Positions 55,157-64,000 of a DNA stretch of 64,000 bases are shown piece after piece; within the stretch, counting starts at the first letter, position 1, and each line of letters begins with the position of its first letter. The position numbers and the translations under genes were made by a program. Below the pieces are notes generated by a model. That model did no database searches, had not been told where the DNA came from, and saw nothing but the letters and a program-made list of their open reading frames with translations. The stretch comes from an uncultured Chloroflexia bacterium (GTDB taxonomy: Bacteria; Chloroflexota; UBA6077; JACCZL01). Location: assembly GCA_963765765.1 (NCBI GenBank), contig CAVXYC010000032.1, forward strand, positions 256,001-320,000. Reading direction: 5' to 3'.

Positions 55157-55388
55157 TGCCTCGCGTTCCAACGCTGGATTACCGAGCGATGGACCGGGTG
55201 CTCTGATATCTCGATTTCGCGGTGACTCGTGAGCGCCGAAGTCATGTGTTCTATCGGCATACCGATGGGCGCACGACGACGGTTCCGAATCACGGCGCCA
55301 AGATCTGGCCCGACCACTAGTGCGCGAAATGCTCAGGGAAATTGAGCTCACCCAGGACGAGCTCGTGGAAGCACTCGGCCAATCATGA
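55156..55388 (+). pseudogene. hicA: HicA family toxin with in-frame TGA and a frameshift
   Basis: MPRVPTLDYRAMDRVL*YLDFAVTRERRSHVFYRHTDGRTTTVPNH/DLARPLVREMLREI. Confidence 0.82.
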
Positions 55389-56131
55389 GTAATGAATCGG
55401 CCACCGCTTACGCAGACGGCTCTTGCCTGGGGAATCCCGGCCCCGGGGGCTGGGGTGTGCACGTCCAGTTCGGCAACGGCCAGATAGTGGACCTGGGCGG
55501 CGGTGAACAGCACACCACCAACAATCGTATGGAGCTGCGGGCAGCAATCGAGGCCGTCAGAGCCACACGTGAGTGCGATGCTGTCACGATCATCGTGGAT
55601 AGCGAGTACGTCAAGAAGGGCATCACGTCGTGGGTGGCCGGCTGGAAGAAAAAGGGCTGGCGTACTCAGACCGGCAGTTCGGTTGCCAACCAGGAGCTGT
55701 GGCAAGAGCTGGACGCTCTGGCTGACAAGCGGATCACCTGGCAATGGACACGAGCACACGTCGGCACCGTGGGCAATGAGCGTGTGGACACCATCGCCCG
55801 TTGGTTCGCCGAAGGCATGGGACGCAGCCGCAGATCAACAGCACCGGCGACAGCCCAGCTCGCACCCGCTGCCGCGCCCCGGCGAGCACCGGAGCAGCGG
55901 GCCACCCGAACGCCCGCGCCCGGCACTCGCTATCTCAGCTTGATAGATGGTGTTGCCATGCGCCACCGCACCTGGAAAGAGTGCCAGGATCGGGTAAACG
56001 GCGTCGCCCGGGCGCTCTACCGCAAAGTCACCAGCGATGAAGAAGAACGAAAGCTTCTCAAAGAATGGGGCGTTCGCCAGGAGCAGGTGGTAGAGCTGGA
56101 ATTTGAGGTGAAGCAATCACGGCGAATATAG
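55385..56131 (+). CDS. rnhA: Ribonuclease HI with C-terminal hybrid-binding (Cauli_VI-like) domain
   Basis: YADGSCLGNPGPGGW, TTNNRMEL, DSEY, AHVG.VGNERVD; C-terminal TWKECQDRVNG...YRK. Confidence 0.92.
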   Translation: MSNESATAYADGSCLGNPGPGGWGVHVQFGNGQIVDLGGGEQHTTNNRMELRAAIEAVRATRECDAVTIIVDSEYVKKGITSWVAGWKKKGWRTQTGSSVANQELWQELDALADKRITWQWTRAHVGTVGNERVDTIARWFAEGMGRSRRSTAPATAQLAPAAAPRRAPEQRATRTPAPGTRYLSLIDGVAMRHRTWKECQDRVNGVARALYRKVTSDEEERKLLKEWGVRQEQVVELEFEVKQSRRI

Positions 56132-56149
56132 CCGAGCCTCGTTTGGCAG

Positions 56150-56353
56150 CTAGGCGCGGATCGGCAAAGCAACCGTGTCGATACGCGTGAGGTCCATGCG
56201 CTCTGCGGCGTGCTCAATGTCAATTCCGACAACCCGCCCATTCGCATCCAGATCCACGACGAGTCCATCGGACACCTCGACCGAATCTGCACTTGGCTGT
56301 CCCTGGAGCTCGATGTAAAGACTGTCCGTCTCAGGATAGTAGTGAAGCTCCAT
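56150..56353 (-). CDS. DUF2283 family putative antitoxin
   Basis: YYPETDSLYIEL...VDLDANGRVVGIDI. Confidence 0.88.
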   Translation of the reverse strand: MELHYYPETDSLYIELQGQPSADSVEVSDGLVVDLDANGRVVGIDIEHAAERMDLTRIDTVALPIRA

Positions 56354-56604
56354 AAGCCCGCCCTCACTTTGCTTATATCAAAGTTACGGTCCGGAAAGGC
56401 GTTCAGCACCGTCTCGCCATCTTCCAGCGTGACCACCCTCAGCGCCCTGCCTTCAAATTCGTCGATATAGCCCCAGTGGCGAATTCGCCCGTCCGGCTGC
56501 ACGACTCGTGCGACCGGATGAGCAAGGACATGCTCACACCACTCACGCTTGATGTATGGACGTTTTCGTAAGACCTGCTCCTCGAAATAGCGGGTAGTCT
56601 TCAG
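56350..56604 (-). CDS. DUF4258/RelE-like putative toxin (CTG start; expected stop missing, frame open to 56017)
   Basis: KTTRYFEEQVLRKRPYIKREWCE...QPDGRIRHW...LRVVTLEDGETVLNAFPDRNF, directly upstream of DUF2283. Confidence 0.75.
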
Positions 56605-56616
56605 TGGACTCTCACC

Positions 56617-58395
56617 TTACTTCACCGTCACGCTCTTCGCTAGATTTCGCGGTTTATCCGGGTCATGGCCGCGCAGAAGCGCCAGGTAATAGCCCAGGAG
56701 CTGCGCTGGCACCGCGTTCACAATAGCGGTTGCCGGCCCAACGTCCGCCACGGGAATGTGGTGGTCGAAGGCCTCGTTTGGCTGAGGTGAGACGCCGATG
56801 ATCAAGGCGCCACGCGCCTTCACTTCCATGGCCCCTGAGATGATGTCATCGTAGGTCTCATCTCGCGGCGCGATGACCAGGCAGGGAGTACCTTCCTCGA
56901 TGAGCGCGATCACGCCATGTTTCAGCTCACCGCCGGCGAAGCCCTCCGCGTGAACGTAGCTCACTTCCTTCACTTTCAGGGCCGCTTCCAGGGCAAGCGG
57001 ATAGCTGGGGCCACGGCCAATGACGAAGAGATGCTCCTTGAGATAGATGCGTTCGGCGATCATTCGGATCATGTCGCGGCGCTCGTCGTCCAGCATGAGC
57101 TCGATCTCGTCGGCAGCGCGCTGGATTTGAGCGGGTCCAAGCTCAGGGCGGTCGCTCAGCTCGTACGCCGTCATCAGTAGAATGGCCAGCTTGGCCGTGA
57201 ACGTCTTGGTGGCCAGCACGCAACGCTCCGGCCCGGCGCCCAGCGGCACCGCCTGGTCCGACATGCGCCAGAGCGTGGAGCCTTCCACGTTCACCAGCGA
57301 GCCAATGGTTGCGCCACGACGTTTTGCCGCCTTGATCGAATCTATGACATCGATCGTTTCACCGCTCTGCGAGAGCGCCACGATCAGCGAGCCTTCTTCG
57401 ATAAAGTCCTCCATGTAGGAAAACTCCGAGCCGTTGGCGTAATTCACGTGGCGGCCGGCGATGCGGGCAAAAAGGTACTGCGCGGCAATGGCAGCGTGGC
57501 TGGCGGTGCCGCAACCGACGAAGTATGTTCCACGGGATTTCTGGATGGACACCGCAAGTCCCTTAGTGTGCTCCCTCCAATCACGACTCAGACGACGGAG
57601 CACAGATGGCTGCTCGTGAATCTCCTTGGTCATGAAGTCTGGGTAGCCGACTAGCTCAGTTGCCTCGGCCTCCCACTCCACTTCCGTCACTTCCGGAGTC
57701 ATCTCATCGGACGTCTCGACATCAAAGATGCGGATGCTGTCCGGGGTAATGAGCGCGGCCTGATGATCCTCGACGAACGTGACCTTGCGGGTGTGATCCA
57801 ACAAGGCGCTGTAGTCGGAGGCCATGAGATTGCCTTGATCGCTCCAGCCGAGCACCAGCGGCGATCCGCTCTTGGCAGCAGCAATTTGACCGCTCTGGAC
57901 GTCCAGCACCGCGATGGCATTGAGTCCATCGAGCTTACGGAAGGCGCGCATGACGGCTTCCACCAACGCGTCTGGGCCATTCTCGACCTTCTCGAGCTCA
58001 TCGGCTACAAGGTGCACGACGACTTCACTATCGGTCTCGGAGTAAAAAGTGTGGCCGGCCTTGATGAACGGCTCACGTAGCTCGCGATGGTTGTGCACGA
58101 TACCGTTGTGAATAAGCGCTAGGCGACGGCGCTCATCGAGATGCGGATGCGCGTTTGGCTCCGTGACGCCACCATGAGTGGCCCACCTGGTATGTCCCAG
58201 GCCTGAATGGCTCGCTGGAAGATTGGTACATGCTTGACCAATCTTGCCGACGCTCTTCTCGATTTCCACGGTGCCGTTGTGAGCCACAGCAATGCCCCAC
58301 GAGTCATAGCCGCGGTATTCGAGCTTTTTCAGGCCGCGCAAGACGATGCCAGACGCATCGGTGTCGGCCCCAACGTAACCAAAAATGCCACACAT
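56617..58395 (-). CDS. glmS: Glutamine--fructose-6-phosphate aminotransferase
   Basis: MCGIFG, LEYRGYDS, GHTRWATHG, SQSGET, PRNLAKSVT. Confidence 0.98.
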   Translation of the reverse strand: MCGIFGYVGADTDASGIVLRGLKKLEYRGYDSWGIAVAHNGTVEIEKSVGKIGQACTNLPASHSGLGHTRWATHGGVTEPNAHPHLDERRRLALIHNGIVHNHRELREPFIKAGHTFYSETDSEVVVHLVADELEKVENGPDALVEAVMRAFRKLDGLNAIAVLDVQSGQIAAAKSGSPLVLGWSDQGNLMASDYSALLDHTRKVTFVEDHQAALITPDSIRIFDVETSDEMTPEVTEVEWEAEATELVGYPDFMTKEIHEQPSVLRRLSRDWREHTKGLAVSIQKSRGTYFVGCGTASHAAIAAQYLFARIAGRHVNYANGSEFSYMEDFIEEGSLIVALSQSGETIDVIDSIKAAKRRGATIGSLVNVEGSTLWRMSDQAVPLGAGPERCVLATKTFTAKLAILLMTAYELSDRPELGPAQIQRAADEIELMLDDERRDMIRMIAERIYLKEHLFVIGRGPSYPLALEAALKVKEVSYVHAEGFAGGELKHGVIALIEEGTPCLVIAPRDETYDDIISGAMEVKARGALIIGVSPQPNEAFDHHIPVADVGPATAIVNAVPAQLLGYYLALLRGHDPDKPRNLAKSVTVK

Positions 58396-58591
58396 AGCCA
58401 GGAGTGCTCCTCAATCGTCACAAAGACGGCGGAAGGCGGCGAACCACGCCGTTCGCGCCGCAGAGAAGGATCGACAAGCGTCGCGCCCGCCGGCCGTCAG
58501 GAGGCCACAGGCACCGATGCGAAGCCACAGTGCTTCGCAAGCGAGCTATCGATCGGTAAGTTGGTGGGAGTAAATAGGAGGGTGCACGATA

Positions 58592-58738
58592 CCCTCTGCA
58601 TGGTGGATGGCCTTTGTCAGTGCGTTGCCGCGCTGGTTTGCTCCATCCATGTCGACTATGCAGGCCGAGGGACTATCCGCCGAGTGTTTCGATGAGTCCC
58701 TACCTCGTCATCCGCCGAAGGGCGGACCTGGCGCTCGA
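58592..58738 (-). ncRNA. glmS ribozyme (GlcN6P-activated)
   Basis: Minus strand AGCGCCAGG...TGACGAGG...ATCGAAACACTCGGCGGAT...GCAAA...GGCAAC...GACAAA, upstream of glmS. Confidence 0.93.
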
Positions 58739-58890
58739 GTTCTGTCCTACTCCTAGTTAATACTCGGTGCGGTGCACCTCCACATAAGAATCGGCTTCAT
58801 CGTAGCGACTTCGAGAACAGTCGGGCAAGAGCTAATCGGTTGAGACTTGCGACTGAAAAGTGAAAACCGTCGTCATGATTTCGACACTCT

Positions 58891-59376
58891 TCACTGCTCA
58901 AGCGCGCCTCGCACCCGTTCCCAGGTCTGTTCCAGCGACTCAGGTAACACCTTCGTGTCCGCGGTCACAGGCATGAAGTTCGTATCGCCGCCCCATCGGG
59001 GGACCACGTGGACGTGTAGGTGGTCTGGTATGCCCGCGCCGGCAACTCGGCCAAGGTTCATGCCGATATTGAAGCCCTCCGGGTGGTACTCGCCATCAAT
59101 GGCGCCCACGATGCGCTGTGCCGTGTGCCACATCTCGGCATTGACCTCGATCGGCAAGCGCGTGAGATCGCCGTTGTGCTCGTACGGCACGATCAATGTG
59201 TGCGCGGTGTTATATGGGAAGAGATTGAGCACCGCGAATACGTTGTCCCCGCGGAGTAGAACCAGCTGCTCACGATCGTTCGTTGACGCGGCGATATCGC
59301 ACAGGACGCAGTCAGATGTGGGCTCCAGGGTGCCCGACACGTAGCTCATCCTCCACGGAGTCCAGAGTCGTTCCAT
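58891..59376 (-). CDS. HIT family hydrolase (Ap4A phosphorylase / FHIT-like)
   Basis: MERLWTPWRMSY, CVLC, NLFPY, HLHVHVVPRW. Confidence 0.93.
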   Translation of the reverse strand: MERLWTPWRMSYVSGTLEPTSDCVLCDIAASTNDREQLVLLRGDNVFAVLNLFPYNTAHTLIVPYEHNGDLTRLPIEVNAEMWHTAQRIVGAIDGEYHPEGFNIGMNLGRVAGAGIPDHLHVHVVPRWGGDTNFMPVTADTKVLPESLEQTWERVRGALEQ

Positions 59377-59461
59377 TGGTTGTGAGGGTATACCGGAAAC
59401 GGACGGAGCAAGGATCAATCAGGACACCGTCCTTCCTTTCACATTCCCATATAATCGCTCT

Positions 59462-59662
59462 GTGAACCAGCACGACCTCTCCGGACTTCAGCGAACAATT
59501 CTCGAGATTGAAGCGCTCGGTTTGCCTCTGCGAGAAGCCGTTCGACTTGCCAATGCACGAGTTGGCTTCTTCGTTGGCCAGCAGCGCTACAAGGAAGAGC
59601 TCGAGCGCGCGCTCGAGATCATCGGCGCCGATCAGCCAGAGACCGCCGAAGCCACGGGCTAG
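59462..59662 (+). CDS. Small hypothetical protein
   Basis: 66 aa, closely coupled to the downstream gene. Confidence 0.6.
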   Translation: MNQHDLSGLQRTILEIEALGLPLREAVRLANARVGFFVGQQRYKEELERALEIIGADQPETAEATG

Positions 59663-59665
59663 CTC

Positions 59666-60463
59666 GTGGCCTACCCGGACGTTCCGGGTCTCCGGATCAC
59701 GCAGGACGGGCCGATCCTGACGATCGCGTTCGACCGGCCGGCGCAGCGGAACTCTTTCACCCCTACCATCGCGGCCGCCCTTCGCGACGCTCTCATCCTG
59801 TCGGCTCGTGCGGCAGACCTTCGCGTCGTATTGCTCCGAGGCAGCGGCAATGAAGCGTTCTCGGCCGGCTATGACATCGGCGCACTCACAGAGCTTGCTC
59901 AACAGGGTACGCGTCCACTCGAAGCGGCCGATCCCTACGAGCAAGCGAACCTCGCGCTACTGCGACATCCCTTGCCCACAGTGGCCATGCTGCAAGGCTG
60001 GGTGATGGGCGGCGGCTGCGCTCTTGCTACCGGGTGCGACATACGAATCGCCGGCGAGAGCGTCAGGATGGGCATGCCCACGGCAAAGCTTGGCGTACTC
60101 TACGGCTACCATGACTTCGCCCCGTTTTTGGACGCCATTGGCTACGCCTGGACGAAGCACATGTTCATGACCGGTCGGGTGATCGATGCGACGACGGCGC
60201 TCCGCATCGGCTTAGTTCATGAGCTGGTTTCGGATACCGAGCTAGAGGATTCCACACAACGACTGGTCACTGAGCTGGCCGAGAACGCGCCCCTCTCCGT
60301 TCAAGGAACCAAGCGAGTCCTGAGCTTGATGCGCCCCTCGCTGGACGCTCCGGCTCGAGCCGACATAGAACGGCTCATGCGCCAGGCACAATCGAGTGTC
60401 GATATCGAGGAGGGTCGCCGGGCGTTTCTCGAGAAACGTCGCCCCAAGTTTCAGGGGCACTGA
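59666..60463 (+). CDS. Enoyl-CoA hydratase/isomerase family protein
   Basis: AFSAGYDI, GGGCALATGCDIR, AFLEKRRPKF. Confidence 0.93.
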   Translation: MAYPDVPGLRITQDGPILTIAFDRPAQRNSFTPTIAAALRDALILSARAADLRVVLLRGSGNEAFSAGYDIGALTELAQQGTRPLEAADPYEQANLALLRHPLPTVAMLQGWVMGGGCALATGCDIRIAGESVRMGMPTAKLGVLYGYHDFAPFLDAIGYAWTKHMFMTGRVIDATTALRIGLVHELVSDTELEDSTQRLVTELAENAPLSVQGTKRVLSLMRPSLDAPARADIERLMRQAQSSVDIEEGRRAFLEKRRPKFQGH

Positions 60464-60501
60464 GCGGGGACACGGCATCGTCCCTGCCTCAGACCTTCAC
60501 A

Positions 60502-60957
60502 ATGCACATGTCCCGACCAGATGACAGTTCGAGCCTGCCGCCGTGGGACGGGGTGGCTCCCGTCGCGGTGCTCGATCGGGTACGGCGAATCAATCGGGCG
60601 GTCCTGAATCCGGTGGTTTCTCGATTCGCCGGCCGAGTCCCGGGCGCCAGCGTGCTGATTCGACACAGAGGCAGAGCGAGCGGTCGCATATATGTCACGC
60701 CGCTCATCGCCCAGCGCGTTGATGACGGATTCGTCATTCCTCTGACTTACGGGGATCGAGCCGACTGGGTGAAGAACGTCATAGCCGATGGGAGAGCTCA
60801 GATTCGCCACCAGGGCATCGTCTACACCGTGGGCAAGCCCGTGATGCTGGACGAGCAGACGGCACTGCCGATGCTCTCACCTTTTCTACGCGTGCCGGTG
60901 CGCTGGTTTGGCATGAAGCGCTTCCTATACCTGACCATCGCCTCACCACGGGACTGA
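60502..60957 (+). CDS. Deazaflavin-dependent nitroreductase-like (split barrel) protein
   Basis: HRGRASGRIYVTPL, LTYG..ADWVKNV. Confidence 0.85.
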   Translation: MHMSRPDDSSSLPPWDGVAPVAVLDRVRRINRAVLNPVVSRFAGRVPGASVLIRHRGRASGRIYVTPLIAQRVDDGFVIPLTYGDRADWVKNVIADGRAQIRHQGIVYTVGKPVMLDEQTALPMLSPFLRVPVRWFGMKRFLYLTIASPRD

Positions 60958-61236
60958 AGCGAGGGCCGCTCTCAGCGATCTGGTCCAGACGCTATCCGGG
61001 TGGGGAACAGGACTCGCCACGCCATCGGGTGTGAGAAAGCGTGCTCGTGCGTACCACCGCCGTTGTGCGACCGGTGGCGCTGTGGCGGCGCTATCAGGCT
61101 GCTGCAGCACGGAGTCGCCAATCGATCGGGCGTTCGAGACTACCAGGCCACCTCCCAGCATGATCGTGGTCAAAGCCAGGATCCCTCCCACAATCAGGGA
61201 TCTACGCAGCCGGCGGTGCGCGGCTGGGAATGCCAC
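60943..61236 (-). CDS. Hypothetical protein with one TM segment
   Basis: AGGA RBS directly after the upstream stop; hydrophobic N-terminus. Confidence 0.5.
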   Translation of the reverse strand: MAFPAAHRRLRRSLIVGGILALTTIMLGGGLVVSNARSIGDSVLQQPDSAATAPPVAQRRWYARARFLTPDGVASPVPHPDSVWTRSLRAALASVPW

Positions 61237-61242
61237 GCCATC

Positions 61243-61449
61243 CTACCTAGCAACCGGCGACGGCGCTGCCGCGGGCGAGGCAACGGCACTTGTGCCTGGT
61301 GAAGCTACTGGAGATGGCAACGGCGAGGTGACCGGCTTGGTCGCCTCAGCCGGACGAGGTGTGGGCGGGAGATTTTGCGGCGCCGGCTGACAGGCCAGCA
61401 CACTCAGACCAAATACGAGAATCAGGCCGAACGATCGATTGACCGCCAT
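61243..61449 (-). CDS. Small Pro/Ser-rich lipoprotein
   Basis: Lipobox VLAC followed by SP-rich repeats. Confidence 0.7.
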   Translation of the reverse strand: MAVNRSFGLILVFGLSVLACQPAPQNLPPTPRPAEATKPVTSPLPSPVASPGTSAVASPAAAPSPVAR

Positions 61450-61649
61450 GTATCACCCACCGGATCACGCGATGACTATTAAGATCCGACCAGAGAATCT
61501 TAATATGAAAGTGGTGATTGGCGCACGGGCGATGGCGGATGATACAGACCCGAGGCGCGGCGTAGGAAGACTACAGGGACGGCATCTTTGTCGTTGACGT
61601 CCTTGCTGTCCCTTTCCCTTCGAGCTGCAAGGCATAATGAGCGGGGAGG

Positions 61650-62132
61650 ATGCCCGTCTTGACAGCCCCGGATGAATCCATATTCCTCAGGCTCCGCGAT
61701 GCACGCATCACCGAGAGCCGCTTGAGCGCCGAGCTCAAGAGCGCCCGCGAAGCCGCTCAGTCTGAACGCGTTACCGAGATCGAACGCGAGCTAGCGGCGG
61801 TGGGACGCGAAATTCGCGAAGTGCAGGCTTTCCTGGATCTGGGAATGCTACCTCCCGAGGCGCGGATGATGGTGTCGCATTACTACGGTATGGTGGCGAC
61901 CGACCTCACGCAGCGGGCTCAGGTGGCCGAGCTGAATCGATATCTACCCAACCCTCAGACGCCGCGAAATCAGGACGCCATGACCTACCTGTTTCAACTC
62001 TGGGAGCAGCTACGCGACGCGGGTGTCGATGTGCTGCCGGTTGGACCACTGGCGGCCACAAGCGATCCCGACGAGCTGAAGAGCGGTGCTGAGCTGTTCG
62101 GCCGGCTCGCCATTTTCGCCGCCCGCGGCTGA
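61650..62132 (+). CDS. Hypothetical protein
   Basis: GGAGG RBS; 160-aa helical ORF. Confidence 0.75.
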   Translation: MPVLTAPDESIFLRLRDARITESRLSAELKSAREAAQSERVTEIERELAAVGREIREVQAFLDLGMLPPEARMMVSHYYGMVATDLTQRAQVAELNRYLPNPQTPRNQDAMTYLFQLWEQLRDAGVDVLPVGPLAATSDPDELKSGAELFGRLAIFAARG

Positions 62133-62165
62133 TCCGCTCTGACACCCGACACCGCTCCACCGGCT

Positions 62166-63736
62166 GTGGGCACGCTCGCCTATCGAGCTCGAATCGCCCT
62201 CTTTGGTCTGGCCGTATTCGCGGCAGCGCTGTATGCGCGCTCCCCTGGGTTGGATCTCTATCCAACCCAGGATGAAGACAACTGGATGGACCGCGGCTCC
62301 GCGTTTAGCACGGCGTTGCAGCGTCAGGATTGGCGAGCCACCTACCGAAGCGGGCACCCCGGGGTCACCACCATGTGGCTGGCAACACTTGGCATGGGAA
62401 GCTTTGCCGAACCGTTGGTGAATCGAACGGACAGGCAAGTCACGCATGCGCCCGAGTTCATGCCCGCGCTGGAGGCAGCACGACACGCGATGATCGTGTT
62501 CAACGCCGGTATGATCGCCGTCATCACGCTACTCACGGGCCGACTGTTCGGTTGGGCGCCGGCCTTCTTCGCTGCTGGGCTCCTCGCCTATGAGCCGTTC
62601 CTCGTTGCGCATGGACAAGTCGTCCACCTGGATGCGCCAGTGGGCGGACTCATGGCTGTTTCGATGTTGGCCGCCGCGGTCCGCTGGCTGAGCGGCGGCC
62701 AGCATCGGCTTCCTGATCCTCTCCGCGCTAGCGGGCGGATTGGCATTTGTTACCAAGTCACCGTCCGCATTTCTGGTACTGGCCGTTCCGGTCATCGCGC
62801 TTACGGGTCGTCGTCCATGGCGCGATCTGGCCACCGCCAGGAGCTGGTTTTTCGACGTGGTGACGTGGGCTGCCATTGCCCGGAATCACCTCATTCATCG
62901 TCTGGCCGGCGCTCTTTACCCAACCAGTCGACACCATCGGCCGAATGGTCCGCTTCACTCTGGCGGAGGGCGGCCAGCCACATGGACCGGGCAATTTCTT
63001 CATGGGGCAGCCCGTCCCGATACCAGGGGCGCTGTTCTACCCCGTAGCACTGCTTTATCGCCTGACGCCCCTCACGTTGCTCGGAATCGCCAGCCTCGTG
63101 GTCTTCAATTGGTGGCGCGTCGGCGTGCTAAGGTCAGCGCGCCCTGCGTGGCTCTTGATTGGCCTGGTGATCGCGTTTGCGATCTTCATGAATCTGGGCG
63201 CCAAGAAGCTCGACCGATACATCCTTCCCGCGGTGCCGCTGATCGACGTACTGGCCGGCTGCGGGCTCTGGGCTGCCACGCATGCATTGCTCATGCGCAT
63301 CAAAAATCTTGAGGGCAATGCCCGCCTGGTTACAGCAGCGCCGTTGATTGTGCTGCTGCTCCAGCCGCTTTCCTGGCAGAGCGCGCTTCCCTACCCACTG
63401 TCGTACTACAACGCGCTTCTGGGCGGGGGCGCCGCGGCACAACAAATGGTCCTGGTGGGCTGGGGCGAAGGACTGGATCAGGCGGCTCACTTCATCAACG
63501 CTCAGCCTGACGCCGCGAGTGCAACGGTGGGTGTGTATTACCCGCTGACCGTGAACTTCCAGGCGCTGCTCAACGGAACTGCCGTCTCGTTCGGCCCCAA
63601 CGTAACACCGACGTATATTGTGGACTACATCAACGCGCGCCAGCGTGGGCAGATTCCAGCGCAGGTGCTGGGTCGCACGCCGAACTATTCCGTCTGGATC
63701 AACGGAATAGAATACGCGAGAGTCTATCGTCTGTAG
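62166..63736 (+). CDS. Glycosyltransferase family 39 (PMT-like) membrane protein; frameshifts near 62700 and 62880
   Basis: TQDEDNW, GHPGVTTMW, HLDA, KKLDRYILP, GWGEGLDQAA. Confidence 0.85.
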
Positions 63737-63749
63737 GCTTTTCGGATAG

Positions 63750-63780
63750 AAAAAGAAGGCCACCGGATTGGTGGTCTTCT
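63750..63780 (-). terminator. Intrinsic terminator between convergent genes
   Basis: Minus strand GAAGACCACC-aatcc-GGTGGCCTTC-TTTTT. Confidence 0.75.
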
Positions 63781-63802
63781 TCATCCATTCACTGATGACT
63801 GT

Positions 63803-64000
63803 CTAAGGTAATGATGGTGGGCCTGCGATTCCTTCACCCACGGCCTGAGTCAACGCCTCCCAACCGACATTAAGCTCGAGCGCTTGCTCCATCAAGCTCA
63901 CTCCATCGTGAACCTGCTTTGCGGCAAATGCCGCTCGGATGTCATCGAGAAGGCGACCAACCTGGGTCACCTGACCGATCAAGGGGGAAGTGGGCTCCAT
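63803..64000 (-). CDS. Hypothetical protein, possibly 5'-partial
   Basis: Open to the window edge; ends just before the terminator. Confidence 0.55.
   Translation of the reverse strand: MEPTSPLIGQVTQVGRLLDDIRAAFAAKQVHDGVSLMEQALELNVGWEALTQAVGEGIAGPPSLP

Noticed and set aside
2027-63736. More than a dozen single frameshifts, read as programmed frameshifting or mass pseudogenisation
   Set aside because: They hit unrelated, otherwise intact genes including rlmD, some lie in short homopolymers, and I saw no shared slippery motif. Long-read indel error is simpler; read polishing would decide.

Overview
GC-rich bacterial DNA, most likely Chloroflexota. This is inferred from a Chloroflexi-type C-terminal domain at ~21590-22186, Thr/Pro-linker secreted proteins and a glmS ribozyme. 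Many genes, including conserved rlmD, carry isolated 1-nt frameshifts, which suggests uncorrected long-read indels rather than biology. The window has two parts. Bases 1 to ~50.2 kb are accessory: a tandem-PAS protein plus a histidine kinase with a repeated His motif, two YihY paralogs, TetR-linked enzymes, three modular peptidoglycan hydrolases, a GT39, an S8/esterase/FN3 fusion and a USP-CBS fusion. Within this part, ~33-48 kb is full of gene fragments and mobile-element scars, including a res-like site, an XRE pseudogene, coiled-coil 'PWW' remnants and a duplicated ~136-bp structured element that may encode small RNAs. An IS4-like MITE (4943-5042) and paired IS21-like ends (17350, 22402) lie further left. 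Bases ~50.2-64 kb are core-like: rlmD, thioesterase, cbtBA, DUF885, hicBA, rnhA, a DUF2283 TA pair, glmS with its ribozyme, HIT, enoyl-CoA hydratase and a second GT39. No rRNA, tRNA or CRISPR array was seen. All calls come from motif reading by eye; no database search was run.
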